Shown here: positions 57,600 through 64,000 of the stretch, piece after piece
How the letters are laid out: every line of letters starts with the position of its first letter
How positions within the stretch are numbered: the first letter of the stretch is position 1
DNA from: an uncultured Bifidobacteriaceae bacterium
GTDB taxonomy: Bacteria > Actinomycetota > Actinomycetes > S36-B12
DNA length: 64,000 nucleotides
Direction of reading: 5' to 3'
Assembly (NCBI GenBank): GCA_964495555.1
Contig: CAZBWA010000001.1
Coordinates: forward strand, 9,873 to 73,872
Notes under the pieces: model-generated
What the model was told of the DNA's origin: nothing
What the model saw: only the letters and a program-made list of their open reading frames with translations
The model's database searches: none
Program-made: the position numbers and the translations under genes

Positions 57600-57929
57600 T
57601 CAGAAACGGTGCCGATTTCGCGCCACCCATCGATAGACGATCTCGGTCCCGACTCGGATGCCGGGGGCGTCGCCGATCACACCGAGGATCCGCCATCGTC
57701 GGTCGCCCGTGCGCAGTGCCGCGCAGATCGCGGCCCCCCCGGAACGGACTTCACCGGTTGCGTCGACCCACTGCACGGCGTCGCGACACTGGTCTTCAGT
57801 GAGACCCAACGACGGCAGGTCGGCTTCCTGCCAGGGTTGCATGGGCATCTGGGGATCGACGTGGCGCCGACCCCACTGCGCGGAACGACTGCAGAACCCG
57901 CAGTCCCCGTCGTAGATGAGCACACACAA
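57600..57929 (-). CDS. Thiol-disulfide oxidoreductase DCC family (DUF393)
   Basis: ORF 57600..57929. N-terminal LIYDGDCGFCSRS motif. 109 aa. Confidence 0.8.
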   Translation of the reverse strand: MCVLIYDGDCGFCSRSAQWGRRHVDPQMPMQPWQEADLPSLGLTEDQCRDAVQWVDATGEVRSGGAAICAALRTGDRRWRILGVIGDAPGIRVGTEIVYRWVARNRHRF

Positions 57930-58045
57930 TTATGGAGGCCGGTCCGGTGAGCCTCCTGCAATGGTTTTGCAGGTGACGAACCTCGAGGGATCGCCCGGCG
58001 CGGACCCTCGTACCGTGGTTACCTCACCGAATATTGGAGGTGTCC

Positions 58046-59236
58046 GTGGGACTCCCACCTCTCGTGGACCCCGCAGGCGAGCTGTCGCTGGACGAGGTCC
58101 GTCGCTACAGCCGCCACCTGATCATCCCCGACGTGGGTATGACCGGGCAGAAGCGCCTCAAGCAGGCCCGCGTCCTCTGTGTCGGCGCGGGAGGACTTGG
58201 CTCTCCTGCGCTCATGTATCTCGCCGCAGCTGGCGTTGGCACGTTGGGCATCGTCGAGTTCGACGTAGTCGACGAGTCGAATCTGCAACGTCAGATCATC
58301 CACGGTCAGAGTGATATCGGACGTTCGAAGGCGGAGAGTGCCCGCGACACGATCAAGGAGATCAACCCCTTCGTCGAAGTCGTCATCCACCCCGAGCGTC
58401 TCGACTCCTCAAACGTCATGGAACTGTTCGCCGACTACGACCTCATCGTCGACGGCACGGACAACTTCGCGACGCGGTATCTGGTGAACGACGCGTGTGT
58501 GCTGCTGGGGAAGCCCTATGTCTGGGGCTCGATCTACCGCTTCGACGGTCAAGCATCGGTGTTCTGGGCGGACTACGGACCGTGCTACCGGTGCCTCTAC
58601 CCCGAGCCGCCACCGCCCGGGATGGTGCCGTCCTGCGCCGAGGGAGGAGTTCTCGGTGTGCTCTGCGCCTCGATCGGATCCATCCAGGTCACCGAGGCGA
58701 TCAAGCTCATCACCGGGATTGGCGACTCCCTCCTGGGCCGGCTCATGGTCTACGACGCGCTGGAGATGAACTACCGGCAGGTGCGCATCCGTAAGGATCC
58801 CCACTGTGCGGTGTGCGGTGACAATCCCACGGTGACCGCCTTGATCGACTACGACGCCTTCTGCGGCGTGATCTCCGACGCCGCAGCCGAGGCGGCGCGG
58901 GATTCGACGATCTCTGTCCACGACCTCAAGCGCATGCTCGATGAGCGCGCGGCAGGGGAGCGGGACTTCGTGCTGATCGATGTCCGAGAGCCGATCGAGT
59001 GGGAGATCGTGACGATCGATGGAGCGGAGCTCATCCCGAAGGGCGAGTTCCTCGACGGGTCAGCACTGGGGAAGCTACCGACCGACAAGCAGATCGTCCT
59101 CCACTGCAAAGTCGGTGGCCGCTCGGCGGAAGCCCTCGCAGTACTCAAGGGGGCGGGCTTCTCCGATGCCGTGCACGTGGGTGGCGGCATCAACGCCTGG
59201 GTCAGTCAGATAGAGCCGTACAAGCCCAACTACTGA
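58046..59236 (+). CDS. moeZ: Adenylyltransferase/sulfurtransferase MoeZ (E1-like domain plus rhodanese)
   Basis: GTG at 58046 (GGAGG 5 nt upstream) within ORF 58034..59236. RYSRHLIIPDVGMTGQKRLKQARVLCVGAGGLGSP, CYRCLYPEPPPPG, and a C-terminal rhodanese loop HCKVGGRS. Confidence 0.9.
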   Translation: MGLPPLVDPAGELSLDEVRRYSRHLIIPDVGMTGQKRLKQARVLCVGAGGLGSPALMYLAAAGVGTLGIVEFDVVDESNLQRQIIHGQSDIGRSKAESARDTIKEINPFVEVVIHPERLDSSNVMELFADYDLIVDGTDNFATRYLVNDACVLLGKPYVWGSIYRFDGQASVFWADYGPCYRCLYPEPPPPGMVPSCAEGGVLGVLCASIGSIQVTEAIKLITGIGDSLLGRLMVYDALEMNYRQVRIRKDPHCAVCGDNPTVTALIDYDAFCGVISDAAAEAARDSTISVHDLKRMLDERAAGERDFVLIDVREPIEWEIVTIDGAELIPKGEFLDGSALGKLPTDKQIVLHCKVGGRSAEALAVLKGAGFSDAVHVGGGINAWVSQIEPYKPNY

Positions 59237-59251
59237 CGTCCGTTGCGCGAA

Positions 59252-59443
59252 CTAGACAGCGCAGGCCATGTCCGACCCACAGCACATCGGCGACTTGATC
59301 TTGCCGTGTCCATTGGGGCAGACCGAGATGCCGATGCGCGCGCCGTCGTCTTTGACGAGGACGTCATCGACGAGGGCGGCCTCACAGGCACCGCAGGTGG
59401 TGTTGACCGACATGCCGCACGCGGGGCAGGTATAGAGAGCCAT
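59252..59443 (-). CDS. Cys-rich miniprotein with desulforedoxin-like split motif and an inserted CxxC..C..H segment
   Basis: ORF 59252..59443, 63 aa with 8 Cys. YTCPACGMSV and MCCGSDM mirror the YxCxxCG and CCGxxM halves of desulforedoxin / Dfx N-domain (recalled). C17-x2-C20, C42 and H46 lie between them. GC-rich third positions. Confidence 0.55.
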   Translation of the reverse strand: MALYTCPACGMSVNTTCGACEAALVDDVLVKDDGARIGISVCPNGHGKIKSPMCCGSDMACAV

Positions 59444-59474
59444 GGCTGCACGCTAGCCCACCCGAGCCCGTCCG

Positions 59475-60851
59475 TCAGGCGAGTTGCACCTCCGGGAGAG
59501 TCGCCAGCGCTGCGGCGAGCCTCTCGTCAGTGAAGTCCTCGTCGACCATGGTGCCGTTGAGGAAGGACTCGTAGGCGGCGAGGTCGAAGTGACCGTGGCC
59601 GCACAGCGCGGTCAGGATCACCGTCTCCTCTCCGGTCTCCTTGGCCTTGAGCGCCTCGCGGATGGCCAGTGCGATCGCGTGGGTGGGCTCCGGAGCAGGC
59701 ACGATTCCCTCGGTGCGAGCGAATTGCAGCGCCGCCGCGAAACACTCCGTCTGGGGAACAGCCGCCGCATCCATCATCCCCAGCTCGTAGAGGTGCGAGA
59801 TGAGTGGTGCCATGCCGTGGTAGCGCAGACCACCCGCATGGATCGGATCGGGGATGAAGTCGTGGCCCAGGGTGTGCATCTTCATCAACGGAGTCATGCC
59901 CGCGGTGTCGCCGAAGTCGTAGGCGTAGACACCCTTGGTCAGCGATGGGCAGGATGCCGGCTCCGCGGCCAGGATCCGCGGGTTCATCTTCCCGGCCATC
60001 TTCTCCCGAATGAAGGGGAACGAGAGGCCTGCGAAGTTCGAGCCACCACCCGTGCAGCCGACGATCAGGGTGGGGGTGTCCCCGGCCATCTCGAGCTGCA
60101 GGAGCGCCTCCTGTCCGATGATGGTCTGGTGCAGCAGCACGTGGTTGAGCACAGACCCGAGCGCGTAGCGGGTGTTCGGGTCTTTCGCGGCGACCTCGAC
60201 GGCCTCGGAGATCGCGATACCGAGTGATCCGCTGTGGTTCTTCGGGTCCGCCCCGAGGGCGCGACCGATGTCGGTGACGTCCGAGGGGGATCGGTGGATG
60301 GTCGCTCCGAACGTCTCGATCATGAGGCGTCGGTACGGCTTGGCATCGTAGGAGGCGCCCACCTGCCATACCTCGCACTCGAGGTCGTAGAGGGCGCATG
60401 CGAACGCGAGGGCGGTGCCCCACTGCCCCGCACCTGTCTCCGTGGTCAGCTTGGTCGTGCCCGCCTTCTTGTTGTAGTAGGCCTGGGGCACCGACGTGTT
60501 CGGCTTATGCGATCCCGCCGGGGACACGCCCTCGTACTTGTAGTAGATGCGGGCAGGCGTGCCGAGGGCCTGTTCGAGGCGGTGCGCTCGGAACAGCGGT
60601 GACGGCCTCCACTGACGGTAGACGTCGAGTACGCCGCCGGGGATGTCGATGTACCGCTCGGTCGACACCTCTTGCAGGATCAGGTCGATCGGGAACAGCG
60701 GCAGGAGGTCGTCGGGCCCGACCGGGTCCATCCTTCCCGGGTGGAGCGGAGGCGGCGGAGGAGCCGGCAGGTCGGCGAGGATGTTGTACCACGCCGTCGG
60801 CATCTGGTCCTCGGACAGGACAAACTTGTGCTGGTTGACGGTGTCGCTCAT
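59475..60851 (-). CDS. TrpB-like PLP-dependent enzyme (TrpB2 clade)
   Basis: ORF 59475..60851. YYKYEGVSPAGSHKPNT (PLP-Lys), TETGAGQWGTALAFAC and GCTGGGSNFAG. The long N-terminal extension is typical of TrpB2. Strong GAGGAGG SD. Confidence 0.85.
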   Translation of the reverse strand: MSDTVNQHKFVLSEDQMPTAWYNILADLPAPPPPPLHPGRMDPVGPDDLLPLFPIDLILQEVSTERYIDIPGGVLDVYRQWRPSPLFRAHRLEQALGTPARIYYKYEGVSPAGSHKPNTSVPQAYYNKKAGTTKLTTETGAGQWGTALAFACALYDLECEVWQVGASYDAKPYRRLMIETFGATIHRSPSDVTDIGRALGADPKNHSGSLGIAISEAVEVAAKDPNTRYALGSVLNHVLLHQTIIGQEALLQLEMAGDTPTLIVGCTGGGSNFAGLSFPFIREKMAGKMNPRILAAEPASCPSLTKGVYAYDFGDTAGMTPLMKMHTLGHDFIPDPIHAGGLRYHGMAPLISHLYELGMMDAAAVPQTECFAAALQFARTEGIVPAPEPTHAIALAIREALKAKETGEETVILTALCGHGHFDLAAYESFLNGTMVDEDFTDERLAAALATLPEVQLA

Positions 60852-60927
60852 GATGCCTCCTCAGGTCACGGGCGACGCTAGTCGGCACCCGAGGGGTCAT
60901 CAACCGATTCGCACCATTTAGCGGTGA

Positions 60928-61119
60928 TCAGGCGCTGGTCCACCCATTGCGCTTGTGGCTGCCATCGCAGAACGGCTTGTTCGCGCTGAAGCCACAGCGG
61001 CAGAGGTAGCACTTGTCCCCCTCTTTCAGCACCGCCCCGTCGGGGTCTTGGACGACTGTGACGCCGCTGACCTCGAGGGGACCGTCGGGCAGGGGGGTGA
61101 TCGTGACGTGATCGCTCAT
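60928..61119 (-). CDS. CDGSH-type iron-sulfur domain protein
   Basis: ORF 60928..61119. CRCGFSANKPFCDGSH fits the CxCx2(S/T)x3PxCDG(S/A/T)H motif exactly. 63 aa. Confidence 0.85.
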   Translation of the reverse strand: MSDHVTITPLPDGPLEVSGVTVVQDPDGAVLKEGDKCYLCRCGFSANKPFCDGSHKRNGWTSA

Positions 61120-61161
61120 GGGCGAAGCCTGCCGGGTCGCGATGGCCCGCGCATGTCGGGG

Positions 61162-63612
61162 TCAGAGGAGGCCCTTCCGGGTCAGGTTCGTGAAGGCCCA
61201 GTAGCCGGGCAGCGTGGGCAGCCAGAAGGTGATGAGTCGGTACAGCAGGACCGATGACACTGCGATACCCGCATCCAGTCCGGCGGCGGTGAGGCCGGCG
61301 GCGAGCGCGGCCTCCACGGCGCCCAGACCGCCCGGGGTGGGCGCTGCCTGGCCGATCGTCGCGCCCGCCAGGTAGACGACGGCGACGACGGCGATGTTCA
61401 TGGACCCACCGAAGGCCTCGACGCACGCGTAAAGCACACCGATGTAGGCGACGTTCAGGAGCAGCATCCCGCCCACGCCCTCGATCAACTTGAACGGGCG
61501 CTGGGCCACGGTCACCAGGCGCGGGCCCACTTCGCGGAGGAGCGGTCCCACCCGTCCGGTGATGAGCCGTCGGACCGCGGGCACGGCCAGCAATGCCAGG
61601 GCGAGGACGGCCACGGCTGCCACGCCGATGACCGCCGCGCGCGGCGGATCGAAGGTGAAGTCGGCCTGCGTACCGGCGGCGATACCGAAGCCCAGCAGCA
61701 GGACGATGTGGACCACGAACGCCATGACCTGGGAGACCCCCACGCTGGCGGCGGCCAGGGCCGGATGGAGTCCGGACTTCTGCAGGTACCGCACGTTGAT
61801 GGCGATCGCACCCAGCGTCGGCGGGGAGACGAGGGTCGCGAAGTCGCCGGCAACCTGGGCCTGGATCGTCCGTGTCAACTTCAACTTCTCGGGAACGAAC
61901 CCGGACAGTGACCACGCTGCGCCGACGTACGTGACCAGACTCAGCAGCAGACCGACACCGAGCCACGACCACTTCGCCGTCGCCACGAGTGCGACGAGAT
62001 CGACCTGCGCAAGCTGGGACAGCAACACGTAGCCCGCGATGCTGCCGAGCACGATCATGATCAGGGTGCGCGGCCGCACGCGTTCCAACTGGATCTGCTC
62101 GGCATCCACCCCCGGACGCATCTCGACGAGGGCATCGCGCAACCGGACGATCAGTCCCTTGTGCTTGCGTAAAGCGCGCCGCGTGGGACCCCCCAGGGCG
62201 ACGGGCTGCAGCGTGGGGAGAGCCCGGGCGAGACCCTCGACTCCCAACACCTTGATCCCGCTCGCCACTGCCCGGTCCACGGACGTGAGCATCGCCAAGG
62301 TGCAGAGGAGCATGGACAGATCGATGCGCCGGGAGACGTCGCTGGCTGCCACCGAGCCCGACCTGCCACTCAGGAGCCAGATCGATCCGTCGTCGGCCCG
62401 CAACAGATGGTGGGCATCGAGCGAGCGATGGGCAATCTGGTGCTCGTGCAGTGTGCGCACTGCCCGCCAACTCGCTTCGAGGTCCGCGTCGGAGAGCGAC
62501 GCGATGTCGCTGAAGGGCTCGCCTTCGATGTACTGGTAGGCCAGGAGGCAGGAGTCCGGACCGATCTCGCTGGCGAGCAGGAGTCGGGGCTCGGGCGCGC
62601 CCGCCGCCTCGCCCGCATAGGCGACGAGCGCAGCGTGGTCGAGGGATGCGCGCATGTTGAAGGCGCCGGCATTGCTGTCGTCGCGGAGGCGTAGAGATGT
62701 CCACATCGCGCTCGCCAGCCCCGCGCCCTCGAGGTCCCGGTCGAGGACGGTGACGTTGAGTCGGTCCCCCGAGCGGGTGCGTGCGAGGTATCGGCGACCA
62801 CGAGACGTGGATTCCTGGGCGCGCAGCTCGGTGATGGGGAACCCGCCGGTGTCCAGGGCCTGGGCAATCTGCATCCCGGTCGGTCGTGTCGTGGGGGTGC
62901 CGACGACGTAGCGCGTGATGAGCCCCAGCGCCCAGCCCAACGCGAGCGAGACACCGACGCCGGCGATGGTGATGCCACCGCTGAGGATCGTGACGACGAC
63001 CAGGGAGCCGATGACGGCCACGCTCAGCACGTTCCACGGGCGACGCCCCATCACCCGGGTCACCGTGAGGAAGGCGAGAAGGCCTCCGAGTACCGGAGCC
63101 GTCGCTCCACTCTGCGGATTCGTGGATCCCGCGAGGGCGATGAGGAGTCGGGGATCGCTCAGCAGTGAGACGCCGTAGGCGATCCCGGTGAGCACGGAAA
63201 CGGTGACGAGGAGTGCGACGAGCGCGTCGAAGAGCTGGCGCACACGTCCACGGACCAGGAGCGAGATCGCGACGGCGACCGGGAGACCCAGGGTTCCGAT
63301 TCCACCGACGATGTTCAGGACGAGCACCGCGGCGGGGGGCAGGAGCGCGACGCTCGAGTCCAGGTCCTGCTCGAGTCCGCTCGTCGTGCCCGTGGCGAAC
63401 CAGGCCAGGAAGACGGTGCCGCCGGTGATGGCGAGCGGGAGAGCGAACCGGGCGAGGTCGAGGGGGCGCCGCACCCGGCGGGGAATGACCCCGGCCTCGA
63501 TGACCAGGGTCGTGTGCTCGGGGGCGGGCGGCGGCGTCGCTTCGGCCAGTGCGGGGATCAGAGGGACCGGTCCTGCGATCGTGAACGTCACGGGCTCCTG
63601 ATCCCTGCTCAC
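61162..63612 (-). CDS. Polytopic membrane protein: N-terminal TM bundle, central kinase-like (probably inactive) domain, C-terminal UPF0104/LPG-synthase-TM-like domain
   Basis: ORF 61162..63612 with a GTG start. Hydrophobic N- and C-terminal thirds. The central part, LHEHQIAHRSLDAHHLLRADDGSIWLLSG, resembles a protein-kinase catalytic loop, with HRS for HRD and LSG for DFG. The competing 916-aa ORF 60878..63628 is Arg/Pro-rich and off frame. Confidence 0.65.
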   Translation of the reverse strand: MSRDQEPVTFTIAGPVPLIPALAEATPPPAPEHTTLVIEAGVIPRRVRRPLDLARFALPLAITGGTVFLAWFATGTTSGLEQDLDSSVALLPPAAVLVLNIVGGIGTLGLPVAVAISLLVRGRVRQLFDALVALLVTVSVLTGIAYGVSLLSDPRLLIALAGSTNPQSGATAPVLGGLLAFLTVTRVMGRRPWNVLSVAVIGSLVVVTILSGGITIAGVGVSLALGWALGLITRYVVGTPTTRPTGMQIAQALDTGGFPITELRAQESTSRGRRYLARTRSGDRLNVTVLDRDLEGAGLASAMWTSLRLRDDSNAGAFNMRASLDHAALVAYAGEAAGAPEPRLLLASEIGPDSCLLAYQYIEGEPFSDIASLSDADLEASWRAVRTLHEHQIAHRSLDAHHLLRADDGSIWLLSGRSGSVAASDVSRRIDLSMLLCTLAMLTSVDRAVASGIKVLGVEGLARALPTLQPVALGGPTRRALRKHKGLIVRLRDALVEMRPGVDAEQIQLERVRPRTLIMIVLGSIAGYVLLSQLAQVDLVALVATAKWSWLGVGLLLSLVTYVGAAWSLSGFVPEKLKLTRTIQAQVAGDFATLVSPPTLGAIAINVRYLQKSGLHPALAAASVGVSQVMAFVVHIVLLLGFGIAAGTQADFTFDPPRAAVIGVAAVAVLALALLAVPAVRRLITGRVGPLLREVGPRLVTVAQRPFKLIEGVGGMLLLNVAYIGVLYACVEAFGGSMNIAVVAVVYLAGATIGQAAPTPGGLGAVEAALAAGLTAAGLDAGIAVSSVLLYRLITFWLPTLPGYWAFTNLTRKGLL

Positions 63613-63651
63613 GCCCCGATGGTGTCATAGTGACCTGCTATCCATGGGTCC

Positions 63652-64000
63652 ATGGAATGGCGGTTGGACCTCTCCCTCCCGCCGCCCACTCCGGCGCCGG
63701 TCCTCGACGAGGACCAGCGGGCCGTGGTGGAGCACGAGGGTGGTCCACTCCTGGTCCTCGCCGGTCCGGGTACGGGGAAGACCACGACCATCGTCGAGTC
63801 GGTCGCTGCGCGCATCCCAGGGGTCCCAGCGGCGGAGATCCTGGTCCTGACGTTCGGTCGTCGTGCCGCCCATGAAGTCCGTGACCGCATCGCCTCCCGG
63901 CTCGGCGGAGGGCCGCAGCCGCATGTGTCGACCTTCCATTCCTTCGCGTACTCGCTTGTCCGAGAGTTCGCCACAGACGGTGAATTCGTGGACCCGCCGC
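63652..64000 (+). CDS. UvrD/Rep (SF1) helicase-family protein, N-terminal fragment (runs off window)
   Basis: Not in the ORF track (no stop in window). Manual translation from ATG 63652 gives MEWRLDLSLPPPTPAPVLDEDQRAVVEHEGGPLLVLAGPGTGKTTTIVESVAARI..VLTFGRRAA..STFHSFAYSLV, which contains Walker A and SF1 motifs Ia/II. Confidence 0.75.
   Translation, partial: MEWRLDLSLPPPTPAPVLDEDQRAVVEHEGGPLLVLAGPGTGKTTTIVESVAARIPGVPAAEILVLTFGRRAAHEVRDRIASRLGGGPQPHVSTFHSFAYSLVREFATDGEFVDPP

Noticed and set aside
60878-63628. 916-aa minus-strand ORF
   Set aside because: Same strand but a different frame from ORF 61162..63612. The translation is dominated by R/P/G/H runs and overlaps the CDGSH gene. The 816-aa frame gives coherent TM helices and a kinase-like core.

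Overview
Visibly GC-rich actinobacterial chromosome segment (GC not computed). All calls come from reading the six-frame track and the DNA by eye. No search was run, so family names are from memory. I call about 58 protein genes and saw no rRNA, tRNA, CRISPR array, transposase or integrase. The backbone looks collinear with the Mycobacterium tuberculosis Rv3280-Rv3200 neighbourhood as I recall it: accD5, birA, purK/purE, an LCP ligase, GDP-mannose pyrophosphorylase, fbiB/fbiA, whiB2, a large GT2 membrane protein with DUF5719 and DUF3499, pmm, manA, ahcY, mtrA/mtrB/lpqB, comF, secA, moeZ.

Four regions deserve a second look:
1. A roughly 16 kb cell-wall glycopolymer locus (6288-22238). It has six glycosyltransferases, a TagF-like and a LicC-like enzyme, and an ABC-2 permease paired with an NBD whose ATP-binding motifs are degenerate. 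It also has a sulfotransferase-like protein and two CDP-alcohol phosphotransferase paralogues.
2. A minus-strand operon (61119-59252) encoding a CDGSH protein, a TrpB-like PLP enzyme and a desulforedoxin-like Cys-rich miniprotein. It lies downstream of an 816-aa membrane protein with a central pseudokinase-like domain.
3. An orphan group of excisionase-type HTH, SAF-domain protein and CpaE/TadZ-like ATPase, with no Tad secretion genes nearby.
4. Structured or repeat-rich non-coding stretches upstream of ahcY and in the 47.6 kb divergent intergenic region.

Many long ORFs in the track are antisense or off-frame artefacts typical of high-GC DNA and were rejected. Start codons are my best choices and may be off by a few codons.
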